Virus record (IMG/VR): IMGVR_UViG_2529292828_000009
Strand: one strand, 5' to 3'
DNA: 64,000 bases
Source: a virus
Lineage: Duplodnaviria; Heunggongvirae; Uroviricota; Caudoviricetes
The notes under the pieces were generated by a model. It was not told the DNA's origin and ran no database searches. It saw only the letters and a program-made list of their open reading frames with translations. Position 1 is the first letter of the stretch. Each line of letters starts with the position of its first letter. A program made the translations under genes and the position numbers. This document shows, in pieces, positions 31,592 to 42,716 of this stretch.

Positions 31592-34228
31592 TTAACGACA
31601 TTCAGCTGATAGCTGGGTTAATAACTGCTGCTGACTCTCTGGTGGCAGTTGATAATTGGCGACACAGTGAGCATTTTCCTCTTCTCCCCATTTCACCTGA
31701 ACTTTTCCCGCTAAAGGCATTCCGCTGAGGTAAACCTGACCATTATCCGCAACAATGCCGCTACTCTGGCTACTCTCTGATGTCACCATCGCCCCAAACG
31801 GCAGCGGCTTATTATTGTGGGTTAGCGTCATGAGCAGTTTTATCCCAACGCGCGCTTTAAACTCTGCTCGCACGATCGCCCCACGAGTGGGAACAACGTT
31901 AGCGACCGCGTTATCTAAATCGACGTTATCAGCCAGGGTATTGGTATCCAGCGCCACTCTATTTTCCCGATATTCAGTGGCATAAGGCAGCACGGCATAA
32001 CCACGCCAGTCGGTACGCACCCCCGTCTGGTTTTCGACTTTTGCATCTTTTGCGCCAGGCGCTTTAACAAGCACCACTGTTTCGTTTAACGGCTGCCCCA
32101 GCGTTACGCCATTGGCATGAGCCAATACCCCACCGCTGACTCCGTAATAGAGCTGCTTAATATCATCGCTATGGCTGTAACCGATATTGGCATTGCCGTA
32201 ACCACCGCGATAATTCAGCGTGGCGTAGCCTGTACTTCCGCTATTACCATCACCTCCCCCGGCATAGCCGGTTTGCACGCTATAGCTGAGGTTGTTGTCT
32301 TCCAGCAACGTACCGTATACACCAGCCAGATTGGTCATCCGACCGTTGAGATCGTGTGACATGCTGTAGCTGGCACTGGCATGTCGCCACTGAGATTTAC
32401 TGTCAGAACGCAGCCAGTGGCTGAAAGGAATATTGACGTTAAGCGCTAACATCTGATCCCGTCCTTTTTGCCAGGCGTTTTTCGTCAGGCTATAGCTGAG
32501 CGTCCAGTTGATATCTTCGAATGCAGTATTTAAACCAGCCTGGAATTGCTCATCGACATTACTCGTTCCCCAATAAGTTTGATGGCTACCACTCAAATAC
32601 AGTGTTGATGTGCGCCCGAGTTGCTGAGTAACGGTGAGCTGTAATTTCCCGCGTTTGTTATAAGCGAGGTTGTAATAGTCGGTGAATTTCGGCTTAACCT
32701 GAATAACTCCGTCCTGTGTTTCGATGTTGTAGCCATTCATTCGACTGTATGTTGTATCAGCGAAATTAAAATATCCGCTGGTCGAATAACGGTAACCCAC
32801 TAACTGAATATTCGTGCCTGACTCATTGAGCGATTTGTTATAGAGAAAACGCACCGATTGTCCGTCATGCTGACTGTCATCGGGAAGTGTGGAATTAGCC
32901 TGCGTCATATCCACAGACAGAGCGCCCAATGCCCCCATGTTTTTCCCGATACCGAAATTAAAAGCACGATAACGATCCGCCAGTTGCGTTCCACCATATA
33001 TTGTCCAGCCAGCCGGAAGGCCGTGGAGTAATGTACTCTGGAAAAAGCGGGGTTTTTCCTGCTGCGCATTTCCACTACGGTATTCTCCTGCCGTAATGGA
33101 ATAACGAGTATGCCCTTCACGTTGCAAAAGCGGGACTGACGAATAGGGTACGGTAAAAATCTGCGTGCTGCCGTCAGCCTCTTTGATCGTTACCTGCAAG
33201 TCACCACTATTACCTGCGGCATAGATATCGTTGATGGTAAAAGGCCCCGGTGGCACCGTACTATTATAAATGTCATACCCATTTTGTTTAATAGTGACCT
33301 GTGCAGTACCACGAGCAATACCGTGGATCACCGGGGCAAATCCTCTTTGGCTATCGGGTAACATATTGTCATCTGAGGCCAATTGTGCGCCGCGAAAGTT
33401 AATACCATCGAAAATATCGCCCTGAGTATAACCATCACCCAGCGTCAGCCGGGAACGTAACGGTATTATGTCTCGCTCAAGCCAGGTATTGATATGCTGC
33501 CATTTATTTTTGCTACCTGATGATCTGTCGCTACTGTTATAACTCCAGCTGGTATTGTCGCGTAAACGCCACGCACCAATATTTAACCCACTCTGTAGGT
33601 TTAAATATGCATAATGGTTGTTACCCCCAATCCGATTCTGTACACTATTTCCGCTGAAATTATAATTGAGCAATCCGGCATTAATACCGGGATCCCATAA
33701 CTCAGGAGGAATATAACCACGCGCGCGATTACTCATAAATGCCTGAGGGATCGTCAGGTTGAGTCGCTGCTGACCAACATCTAAATGCGCAGTAGCGTCA
33801 TGGATCATGGAGGTTAATGGCACGCAGGCATCATCCGCCAGCAGATTCATACCGGAGACAGAAGCCGTATTCAGCCCCATACTGGCAAGTTGCGCGCGTG
33901 TCAGGCAGGGAACAATCCCTTGTTCGCTGTCGCCCGTATTAAATGTGACATCACGCGTTGCCATATAACCATTATTCAAATAGATATCGACACGATACGT
34001 CCCTGGCGGTAATTCTTGCCCATTTTCAAAACGCGATAAATCAGCCACAGCCTGGGGATCATCCGCTAAAAAGCGCGGATTAAAATAGAGTTCGGCAGAT
34101 GACAAAGGTGTCTGTGCGGCAAAAGCACAGGCGACAAAGAGCCGGACAAAAAAACCAGCCAAACGATGCTTACGAATATGCAAGCATTGTGTGTTTCGCT
34201 GGTAAAGTCTTAAATTCAGATATGACAT
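31592..34228 (-). CDS. fimD: Type 1 fimbrial outer-membrane usher FimD
   Basis: 878 aa ORF, fim operon order. Confidence 0.95.
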   Translation of the reverse strand: MSYLNLRLYQRNTQCLHIRKHRLAGFFVRLFVACAFAAQTPLSSAELYFNPRFLADDPQAVADLSRFENGQELPPGTYRVDIYLNNGYMATRDVTFNTGDSEQGIVPCLTRAQLASMGLNTASVSGMNLLADDACVPLTSMIHDATAHLDVGQQRLNLTIPQAFMSNRARGYIPPELWDPGINAGLLNYNFSGNSVQNRIGGNNHYAYLNLQSGLNIGAWRLRDNTSWSYNSSDRSSGSKNKWQHINTWLERDIIPLRSRLTLGDGYTQGDIFDGINFRGAQLASDDNMLPDSQRGFAPVIHGIARGTAQVTIKQNGYDIYNSTVPPGPFTINDIYAAGNSGDLQVTIKEADGSTQIFTVPYSSVPLLQREGHTRYSITAGEYRSGNAQQEKPRFFQSTLLHGLPAGWTIYGGTQLADRYRAFNFGIGKNMGALGALSVDMTQANSTLPDDSQHDGQSVRFLYNKSLNESGTNIQLVGYRYSTSGYFNFADTTYSRMNGYNIETQDGVIQVKPKFTDYYNLAYNKRGKLQLTVTQQLGRTSTLYLSGSHQTYWGTSNVDEQFQAGLNTAFEDINWTLSYSLTKNAWQKGRDQMLALNVNIPFSHWLRSDSKSQWRHASASYSMSHDLNGRMTNLAGVYGTLLEDNNLSYSVQTGYAGGGDGNSGSTGYATLNYRGGYGNANIGYSHSDDIKQLYYGVSGGVLAHANGVTLGQPLNETVVLVKAPGAKDAKVENQTGVRTDWRGYAVLPYATEYRENRVALDTNTLADNVDLDNAVANVVPTRGAIVRAEFKARVGIKLLMTLTHNNKPLPFGAMVTSESSQSSGIVADNGQVYLSGMPLAGKVQVKWGEEENAHCVANYQLPPESQQQLLTQLSAECR

Positions 34229-34294
34229 TATTCCTCCGGTTTAAAATCACCCGGCAGTCAATTCTTTTTATTCAGGCGAAAAATTCCCCCTGCG

Positions 34295-35020
34295 TTATTC
34301 CATTACGCCCGTCATTTTGGGGGTAAGTGCGCCATAATCATTTATTGTTCGGTAAGTAATATTGCTTCCCGCATCAGAAGGCAATTTAACCGTGCTTTCG
34401 CCCATTGGAGGCACCAAGGCATTTTCAAGAACCCGGGCTCCGGCATTCAACTCTGTTACCGTCAGGTAATAGGGTGTCGGGTTAATCAGCGTCAGAGAAT
34501 TCGCGCTACGACGAAATCTTAATTTTTCTGCGGCCTGATCGGGTGGCAACGCTAATTTAGCCGGACGATAGTACAGTTTAATGCGGCTGATAATTGCGAG
34601 CTGTAGCGTATTCTCAGTCAATTTTGATTTATCCATTGACGGAATCGCTTTAACGTTCATCCAGAATAAACTTTCCCGGTCCTGTGGCAATTGGTTATTT
34701 GTTGCATCAAGAATACGCAAGGTATTCTCTTTTTTTCCCTTCATCGCAAACAGAGGAGGCGTCACGATAAAACGACCATCCTTTACACCATCGGCATTTT
34801 CCACCCATGATTGAATTAAATAGGTACTATTTTCATCATTATTTGTCACGGCAAGTTGCACTTGTTTTTGCCCTGCCGGATAAATTACGCGAGTCGCACC
34901 TAAGGCCACTCCCGCTTCAGCGCGTCCGGCAACCATCATTGCCATGAACATCAGGATACCTGCCAGCAAGCAGAATGTTATTTCCTGCGATTTCCTTACA
35001 TTGACGTTTTTATTACTCAC
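34295..35020 (-). CDS. fimC: Type 1 fimbrial periplasmic chaperone FimC
   Basis: 241 aa ORF with signal peptide. Confidence 0.95.
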   Translation of the reverse strand: MSNKNVNVRKSQEITFCLLAGILMFMAMMVAGRAEAGVALGATRVIYPAGQKQVQLAVTNNDENSTYLIQSWVENADGVKDGRFIVTPPLFAMKGKKENTLRILDATNNQLPQDRESLFWMNVKAIPSMDKSKLTENTLQLAIISRIKLYYRPAKLALPPDQAAEKLRFRRSANSLTLINPTPYYLTVTELNAGARVLENALVPPMGESTVKLPSDAGSNITYRTINDYGALTPKMTGVME

Positions 35021-35056
35021 TGTCCTGTTCCTGTTATCACATTATCTGCTGAACAA

Positions 35057-35596
35057 TTACTGATAGGTTAAAGAGAACCAGGCCTGGGCATTGGCGATGC
35101 CGCCAGTAACCCGACGCCCGGTAGCACGATATTTGGCGATGAAATGTAGCGAAGTAGAGCCTGAGTAAAGCCGTTTCCAGTTTGCTGGAGGACGATTAAT
35201 CGGTACGAGGTTTCCTTCATCATCAAACAACGCTACGCCAATATTGGTGGCTATCCCTGGCCCCTCTCCCACGGAAAGCACATCCGGATTTTTACCATCC
35301 GCGACACCGTGAAACGCCACACCCACACGTTCACTCACCACCGTGCTACATTCCCGTAAATGAATAACAAAAGGCACCGGTGCGCTATCTTCCCCTACCG
35401 CATGAAACCGGTTACTGCTGATTTGCCCCATATTGACCGTCATTTGTTTATCACCGGCTTCAATCCGGCAAGTTTCCGCAATAATGACGCCCTGAAATTG
35501 CATATTTCCGCCGGGCAGCGTGGTATTCCATTTATTTCCGGCCAGAGCAAACATTGGCAGCAACGACGCTAATAGAAATAATCTCTTCCTTTTCAT
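35057..35596 (-). CDS. fimI: Fimbrin-like protein FimI (start at internal Met MKRKRLFLL)
   Basis: Signal peptide then pilin-like domain; position between fimA and fimC. Confidence 0.85.
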
Positions 35597-35660
35597 CGTT
35601 ATTTTTATCGCACAAGGGTGGGCATCCCTGCCCGTAATGACGTCCCTGAACCTGGGTAGG

Positions 35661-36209
35661 TTATTGATACTGAACCTTGAAGGTCGCATCCGCATTAGCA
35701 GCACCCGGGGTTGCGGCACCGGTTGCAAAATAACGCGCCTGGAACGGAATGGTGTTGGTTCCGTTATTCAGGGTTGTTTCTGAACTAAATGTCGCACCGT
35801 CCAGCGCCAGCGCAGCACCCGTTCTGTCCAGGATCTGCACACCAACGTTTGTTGCGCTACCCGCAGCTGAACTCTGCAGAGCCAGAACGTTGGTATGACC
35901 CGCATCAATCGCCGTACCTAAAAAGGCAACAGCGGCTTTAGATGCAACATTGGTATCGCAATCATTCAGCTGAATGTTAAAACCGACAGCAGAACTGGTC
36001 GCTCCTTCCTGTGCCAGCGATGCGGTACGAACCTGTCCTAACTGAACGGTTTGATCAACAGAGCCTGCATCAACTGCGCAAGCGGCGTTAACAACTTCCC
36101 CTTTAAAGTGAACGGTCCCACCATTTACCGTCGTGGCAGCGGCCAGAGCCGCTGTAGAACTGAGGGACAGAGCCGACAGAACAACGATTGCCAGAGTTTT
36201 AATTTTCAT
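35661..36209 (-). CDS. fimA: Type 1 fimbrial major subunit FimA
   Basis: 182 aa ORF, signal peptide, Ala/Gly/Thr-rich pilin. Confidence 0.95.
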
Positions 36210-36328
36210 GCTGCTTTCCTTTCAAAAAACTATTTCTAAATCGACATGGGCAGTCGTTCTGTACACTTTGTTTTGTCAACGAGTTTGACTGCCAACACTG
36301 CACAGTTTTCCCCCAAAAGATGAAACAT

Positions 36329-36642
36329 TTGGGGCCATTTTGACTCATAGAGGAAAGCATCGCGGACAAACTTTTTCAGTTTATTTGTTGGCTTAATATT
36401 CTATTGTTATCTTTATTTATAGATGTTTATATTGCATGAGGTGGTTTTTGGAGAGAAGAATGAGGAAGATGCGTCGAGCCACAGAAACGTTAGCTTTACA
36501 TATAGCGGAGGTGATGTGAAATTAATTTATAAGAGAAATAATTTACATATCAAACATTTAGATGCTTTTTGTCGTTTTTTAATATTTTTATGCTTGAGAA
36601 AAAATACGTAACTTATTTATGATATGGACAGTTTGGCCCCAA
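36329..36642. promoter_or_regulatory. fimS: fimS invertible switch (314 bp between 9-bp inverted repeats TTGGGGCCA/TGGCCCCAA)
   Basis: Inverted repeats at ~36329-36337 and ~36634-36642; sigma70-like TTGAGA-N17-TATGAT at ~36595-36623 reads on plus strand, away from fimA. Confidence 0.85.
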
Positions 36643-36689
36643 TTGTCTTGTATTTATTTGTTTTTTAACTTTATTATCAATAAGTTAAA

Positions 36690-37286
36690 TCAAACCTCTT
36701 CTCTTTTTAATTTTTCGTTTATGAGATTATTTCTTTCCCATAATCCGGCAAAACGAGCAGCATTACTGGCGGTATAACGCACAGTATGGCGAATATTTCG
36801 ATGCCCGAGATAATCCTGAATTAAACGAGTATCTGCACCACGCTCCGCCAGTTCATAACCGCAAGCATGCCTTAACATATGAGGATGAGTCTGCGTTACG
36901 GTTCCAGCTTCAATACCGGCATCGCGAATAATGCGATAGGCCTGCTGGCGAGAAAGCCGACTCCCGCGGCGAGAAATAAATATAGCGTCAGTCCGGTCAG
37001 CGCCTTTCCAGTTAGCACGTTCCTGGGTCCATCGTTCCACGGCTTCACGCTCATCAAAACGTAACGGGTGAACGGTAGAAAATCCGTTCTTCAGTCGGCG
37101 AATATTTATTCTACCTTCATTAAGGTCAAGGTCCTGATAATGCAGATCAAGCAGTTCACTAATACGCATCCCATGCCGATATGCCAACAGAATAAGACAA
37201 TAATCTCTGGCTCCCGTTGCCCCGTAACAAACCGCCTGCATCATGGCCTGAACTTCTTTACCGGTAAGATAACGACGTTTACTCAC
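36690..37286 (-). CDS. fimE: Tyrosine recombinase FimE
   Basis: 198 aa ORF ending next to the switch. Confidence 0.95.
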   Translation of the reverse strand: MSKRRYLTGKEVQAMMQAVCYGATGARDYCLILLAYRHGMRISELLDLHYQDLDLNEGRINIRRLKNGFSTVHPLRFDEREAVERWTQERANWKGADRTDAIFISRRGSRLSRQQAYRIIRDAGIEAGTVTQTHPHMLRHACGYELAERGADTRLIQDYLGHRNIRHTVRYTASNAARFAGLWERNNLINEKLKREEV

Positions 37287-37763
37287 AATAGTAGTACTCC
37301 TAACTGAGATATATTTGAATGAATACCTATAGGAAACCTCAATCGGTCAAAATTAGCCCAATAGATAAAAAGATAACCACACACGGAGTGATGTGGCTAT
37401 CAGTCAATTACATTAAATATCATACAAAAATAAAATATCACTGATGTGACAACATCTATTTTCATTGATTTGATTCAATATAACAATAGATTGCAGTGGA
37501 TTAACTTCCAGTTGCTTAAAAAATAAAGAAAAAAGTGCGGAAACAGGAGAATTTAAGTGATGTGTAAATTTATGAATGATTTTGTTTATTTATTTTGAAG
37601 AACATAAACCATTGTATTTTGTATGGATATGGTTAACTTAATGTTTATTATGAAAATTAATAATCACACTTACAATAACATCAATTAATAAATGGTTAAT
37701 CATTTTTGATATATCGTAAGAATAATGTAGTTTTTAACACCATCCCTGGTATCTCAACTATCT

Positions 37764-38366
37764 CTATAAAACAGCGTGACGCTGTCGTCCTCTGGCTCTA
37801 TCCCAGATGCCGTAAAAACGCCCTGCATTGCTGGCGGTATACCAGACAGTATGACGAATATTGCGATGCCCAAGATAATCCTGGATAAGTCGCGTATCTA
37901 TTCCCATATTCGCCAAAGCAAAACCACACGAATGGCGTAACATGTGCGGATGAATCTCCAGTGACAACCCGGCATTACCACCGGAAGTCGAGATAATATG
38001 GTAAAACTGTTGCCGAGAAAGCGGATTTCCCTTACGAGATAAAAATACCCACTCGCTCTCAGCATGCGGGTACGAAGTACGGATACTCAACCAGTTTTTT
38101 AAAGCCTGAACTTCTTTGTTCAATAGCGGATGCGTTGTTGAAAAGCCTTTTTTTAATCGATGGATATATATACACTTTGCCTTAAGATCAATATCCGAAA
38201 TCCTCAATCGACAAATTTCACTCGCCCGGAAACCATGAATAAAACAAAGCAAAGTCAGACAATAATTACGTGCTGCATGAGGCCCGGTATTTGCTGCTTT
38301 AAGGAGTGATTCGATTTCACTATGGGTCAGGAAGTTCCTTTTTTTGTTATCAGCCTTATTCTTCAT
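37764..38366 (-). CDS. fimB: Tyrosine recombinase FimB (start at internal Met MKNKADNKKRNF)
   Basis: Paralog of FimE upstream of fimE. Confidence 0.9.
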   Translation of the reverse strand: MKNKADNKKRNFLTHSEIESLLKAANTGPHAARNYCLTLLCFIHGFRASEICRLRISDIDLKAKCIYIHRLKKGFSTTHPLLNKEVQALKNWLSIRTSYPHAESEWVFLSRKGNPLSRQQFYHIISTSGGNAGLSLEIHPHMLRHSCGFALANMGIDTRLIQDYLGHRNIRHTVWYTASNAGRFYGIWDRARGRQRHAVL

Positions 38367-39380
38367 CGTTTTTCCCTTATAATTACAGACGCGCACTAGC
38401 TGTGCTGGGTTAGCAATAATCCAACATTTTTATCCTGATTATGTTTATAAAAGCGAACGTTTGCTTAATAACTAACGTAAGTGGACCAGTTCTTCTGAGT
38501 GAACTTAAATGGAGTAGCAACAGTTAATTATAATAACGTTGCCATACAAACGCCATGCTCTTGCATGCTATGTACCTTTATATATTTATCAATCGGATAC
38601 GAATCTAATAATAACCCTCATCATTAATGCAACTAATCTTATCTATATATCATGTGATATGTTCTGTAACAAGTAAAATCAACATAAAAAATTCAGCAAA
38701 ATTTAATATTCGTTCAACTAGCCGTCTCACATATGACATTATTAGTCAACTCCATTTGCCACAAAATGGCTATTTCATGGAGCGCAGTAATTTCTTAGTG
38801 GCTATTATCATGCTAATTCTTAGGTCCCTAGCGATTATTCCTGGCTGATTCGTCAGCTTACGCCATGAGATTGTTACATTCCTTTTTATCCTGGAGATAT
38901 GGGGAACGCAGGAGATGATTTTTTCATCTACATTCGTTGGTAAATATAGCTTTGGTCACTACGACTTAAACCTTCCTCAATCACAGCCATTCGCCGGGCG
39001 ATACGGCAAACAAACTAAGTGAAACATCATCCTGAAAACACCAACATCAACAAGCCTCTCCAGATCGACTTCAGAAGTGACCAGTTACAAGCCACAAACC
39101 AGGAAACATATTTCATGATGAGAATTATGCTCAGCCTGATGGCGGGTAAACACTGATTTTCACCACGCTCACTGAGTTAGCTTGCAAATCTTTCCTTGTT
39201 TATACTTTAAATAAATTACTTATAAAACAGATAATTAAACAACAATCTTTGGTTTGTGAAGGCCTCCGCAAGTGTTCGTCTGGCTTCACATGGCATCTTC
39301 TTCTTAGAAAAATATCGACATATTTTGTGACACGAATTGCAAATCTGGTTTTGTTGTATGGATTGCGTGATTTTTGATCT

Positions 39381-39400
39381 GGTATAACAGGTATAAAGGT
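39381..39400. promoter_or_regulatory. Candidate NanR operator (GGTATA repeats) in fimB-nanC intergenic region
   Basis: GGTATAACAGGTATAAAGGT seen directly; NanR sites are GGTATA repeats. Confidence 0.55.
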
Positions 39401-39812
39401 GCGCCAAGATAGTCAATGAGACAGGGCATCTCGCAATCTATGGCAAACATCACTTCAGTTCTTTCTCATCGGGTGATGAAAACGCACTTCAGTCTGAAAG
39501 GAATATGAAAATGAGATCAACAGACATTCTATTTTATGACTCTGGGTAAAATGGATTGAGTAAGTGATATAGCTTACGAACATTCAAATCAATTAAACAT
39601 CAGAAGAGATTTTATACTCAGGTATTTAATCTGGATCTCTGTTTATTTAAATAATGTGAAAAGAGATTTTTCACAGGAGACCTTATACAAAAAAATATAA
39701 AATACAGCTACCGGTTGCCAAAGACACTATAAGCCTGGCAAAAAAATATTACACAACATAAATGCTAATTGTTTATGCGGGCTTTGTATTGCTTTCTGTA
39801 TCCTACAAATGA

Positions 39813-40538
39813 GTGAAATTTATGAAAAAGGCTAAAATACTTTCTGGCGTATTATTACTGTGCTTTTCGTCACCATTAATTTCTCAGGCTGCAACACTGG
39901 ACGTACGTGGTGGATATCGTAGTGGAAGCCACGCCTATGAGACTCGACTCAAAGTCAGTGAGGGATGGCAAAATGGATGGTGGGCAAGCATGGAAAGTAA
40001 TACCTGGAATACCATTCATGATAATAAAAAGGAAAATGCCGCACTCAATGATGTTCAGGTTGAAGTTAATTACGCAATTAAACTTGATGATCAATGGACG
40101 GTGCGCCCGGGAATGTTAACGCATTTTAGCAGCAACGGCACACGCTACGGACCCTACGTAAAACTGTCCTGGGACGCGACAAAAGATCTTAATTTTGGCA
40201 TTCGCTATCGTTACGACTGGAAAGCTTACCGACAACAAGACTTATCCGGTGATATGTCTCGTGATAACGTTCATCGTTGGGATGGATATGTCACTTACCA
40301 TATTAATAGTGATTTCACCTTCGCATGGCAAACGACGCTATACAGCAAACAGAACGATTATCGCTATGCAAACCATAAGAAATGGGCGACGGAAAATGCA
40401 TTTGTTCTACAATACCATATGACGCCCGATATTACGCCATACATAGAATATGACTACCTTGACCGTCAGGGTGTTTACAACGGCAGAGATAATTTATCGG
40501 AAAACAGTTATCGCATTGGTGTGTCATTTAAACTGTAG
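39813..40538 (+). CDS. nanC: N-acetylneuraminic acid outer-membrane channel NanC
   Basis: 241 aa ORF with signal peptide, divergent from fimB. Confidence 0.9.
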   Translation: MKFMKKAKILSGVLLLCFSSPLISQAATLDVRGGYRSGSHAYETRLKVSEGWQNGWWASMESNTWNTIHDNKKENAALNDVQVEVNYAIKLDDQWTVRPGMLTHFSSNGTRYGPYVKLSWDATKDLNFGIRYRYDWKAYRQQDLSGDMSRDNVHRWDGYVTYHINSDFTFAWQTTLYSKQNDYRYANHKKWATENAFVLQYHMTPDITPYIEYDYLDRQGVYNGRDNLSENSYRIGVSFKL

Positions 40539-40557
40539 TAGACAGGAGACAGTCACA

Positions 40558-41664
40558 ATGAATAAAACAATAACGGCGCTTGCTATCATGATGGCTTCAT
40601 TTGCCGCAAACGCGTCTGTATTACCGGAAACTCCTGTGCCATTTAAAAGTGGTACCGGAGCAATTGATAACGACACTGTCTACATTGGTTTAGGTAGCGC
40701 AGGTACGGCATGGTACAAGCTGGATACACAGGCCAAAGATAAAAAATGGACAGCGTTAGCTGCATTCCCTGGTGGACCAAGAGATCAAGCAACCTCGGCA
40801 TTTATTGATGGCAATCTGTATGTGTTTGGCGGCATTGGCAAAAATAGCAAGGGCTTGACTCAGGTATTTAATGACGTACACAAATACAACCCCAAAACCA
40901 ATAGTTGGGTTAAATTGATGTCGCATGCACCGATGGGCATGGCGGGTCATGTGACTTTTGTACACAACGGCAAGGCTTATGTTACTGGCGGTGTTAACCA
41001 GAATATCTTCAATGGCTATTTTGAAGATCTCAACGAGGCTGGAAAAGATTCAGCAACTATAGACAAGATCAATGCCCATTATTTTGACAAAAAAGCAGAA
41101 GATTATTTCTTCAATAAGTTTCTGTTGTCTTTTGATCCCTCAACACAGCAATGGAGTTACGCTGGCGAATCTCCCTGGTACGGAACGGCTGGTGCGGCGC
41201 TTGTGAATAAAGGTGATAAAACCTGGCTTATTAATGGCGAAGCCAAACCAGGATTGCGAACGGATGCCGTATTTGAACTTGATTTCACCGGTAATAATTT
41301 AAAATGGAATAAGCTTGCTCCCGTCTCATCACCAGATGGCGTCGCTGGCGGTTTTGCGGGGATAAGCAATGATTCTCTTATATTTGCCGGAGGGGCCGGA
41401 TTCAAAGGTTCACGAGAAAATTACCAGAACGGTAAGAACTATGCGCATGAAGGCCTAAAAAAATCATATAGCACTGATATTCATCTTTGGCATAACGGGA
41501 AATGGGATAAATCGGGTGAATTATCGCAAGGTCGGGCCTACGGAGTATCATTGCCCTGGAATAATAGTCTATTGATTATTGGCGGTGAAACTGCAGGCGG
41601 CAAAGCGGTGACGGATTCAGTTTTGATCTCTGTGAAGGATAATAAAGTCACAGTACAAAATTAA
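40558..41664 (+). CDS. nanM: N-acetylneuraminate epimerase (mutarotase) NanM
   Basis: Start at internal Met MNKTITALA with signal peptide, Kelch-like repeats; operon order. Confidence 0.9.
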   Translation: MNKTITALAIMMASFAANASVLPETPVPFKSGTGAIDNDTVYIGLGSAGTAWYKLDTQAKDKKWTALAAFPGGPRDQATSAFIDGNLYVFGGIGKNSKGLTQVFNDVHKYNPKTNSWVKLMSHAPMGMAGHVTFVHNGKAYVTGGVNQNIFNGYFEDLNEAGKDSATIDKINAHYFDKKAEDYFFNKFLLSFDPSTQQWSYAGESPWYGTAGAALVNKGDKTWLINGEAKPGLRTDAVFELDFTGNNLKWNKLAPVSSPDGVAGGFAGISNDSLIFAGGAGFKGSRENYQNGKNYAHEGLKKSYSTDIHLWHNGKWDKSGELSQGRAYGVSLPWNNSLLIIGGETAGGKAVTDSVLISVKDNKVTVQN

Positions 41665-41728
41665 CGCTTCAGGGCCCCGGTAAAGGGGCCTTGCTATCAA
41701 TTTGTCATTTCAATTACGCGAAATTTAT

Positions 41729-42709
41729 ATGAACGCAATAATATCGCCCGATTATTACTATGTTCTTACCGTTGCTGGTCAGTCTAATGCCATGGCGTAT
41801 GGCGAAGGACTGCCATTACCGGACAGGGAAGATGCGCCTCATCCCAGAATTAAACAATTAGCGAGATTTGCGCATACGCATCCCGGAGGCCCGTCATGTC
41901 ACTTTAACGACATTATTCCACTGACTCACTGCCCACACGATGTTCAGGATATGCAGGGTTATCACCATCCTCTGGCAACGAATCATCAAACACAGTACGG
42001 CACCGTTGGCCAGGCACTGCATATTGCACGGAAATTACTACCCTTTATTCCTGATAATGCAGGGGTTCTCATCGTTCCATGTTGCCGTGGCGGATCGGCT
42101 TTTACCGCGGGCAGCGAAGGGACATATTCAGAACGGCACGGAGCCAGCCATGATGCTTGTCGTTGGGGAACGGATACTCCGCTGTACCAGGATTTAGTCA
42201 GCAGAACGCGAGCCGCACTGGCAAAAAATCCGCAGAACAAATTCCTCGGCGTATGCTGGATGCAAGGCGAATTTGACTTAATGACCAGTGACTACGCGTC
42301 ACACCCTCAACACTTTAATCATATGGTTGAAGCCTTTCGTAGGGATCTAAAACAATACCATTCTCAGCTTAATAATATTACTGACGCGCCGTGGTTTTGC
42401 GGCGATACCACCTGGTACTGGAAAGAAAATTTCCCGCATTCGTATGAAGCTATTTATGGCAATTATCAAAATAATGTTTTAGCCAATATTATTTTCGTCG
42501 ACTTCCAGCAACAAGGTGAAAGAGGACTGACGAACGCGCCTGATGAAGACCCGGACGATTTAAGCACGGGATATTACGGTTCAGCGTACCGGTCACCGGA
42601 GAACTGGACGACGGCACTGCGAAGCAGTCATTTCAGCACGGCAGCCCGTCGGGGGGTTATTTCTGACAGGTTTGTAGAAGCAATTTTGCAGTTTTGGCGT
42701 GAAAAGTGA
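41729..42709 (+). CDS. nanS: 9-O-acetyl-N-acetylneuraminate esterase NanS
   Basis: Start at internal Met MNAIISPDYYY; SGNH-like GQSNA motif; operon order. Confidence 0.9.
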   Translation: MNAIISPDYYYVLTVAGQSNAMAYGEGLPLPDREDAPHPRIKQLARFAHTHPGGPSCHFNDIIPLTHCPHDVQDMQGYHHPLATNHQTQYGTVGQALHIARKLLPFIPDNAGVLIVPCCRGGSAFTAGSEGTYSERHGASHDACRWGTDTPLYQDLVSRTRAALAKNPQNKFLGVCWMQGEFDLMTSDYASHPQHFNHMVEAFRRDLKQYHSQLNNITDAPWFCGDTTWYWKENFPHSYEAIYGNYQNNVLANIIFVDFQQQGERGLTNAPDEDPDDLSTGYYGSAYRSPENWTTALRSSHFSTAARRGVISDRFVEAILQFWREK

Positions 42710-42716
42710 GCGTTCA

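Noticed and set aside
35057-35728. Full 223 aa extent of the fimI ORF
   Set aside because: N-terminal 44 residues lack a signal peptide and overlap the fimA end; the internal Met giving a signal peptide (MKRKRLFLL...) is the plausible start.
38627-39416. Small ORFs (73 aa plus strand, 66 aa minus strand) in the fimB-nanC intergenic region
   Set aside because: AT-rich regulatory DNA; no RBS or motif support.
40450-40557. N-terminal extensions of the nanM ORF (and analogous extensions of nanS and delta ORFs)
   Set aside because: Internal Met gives a proper signal peptide or conserved N-terminus and avoids overlap with the upstream gene.
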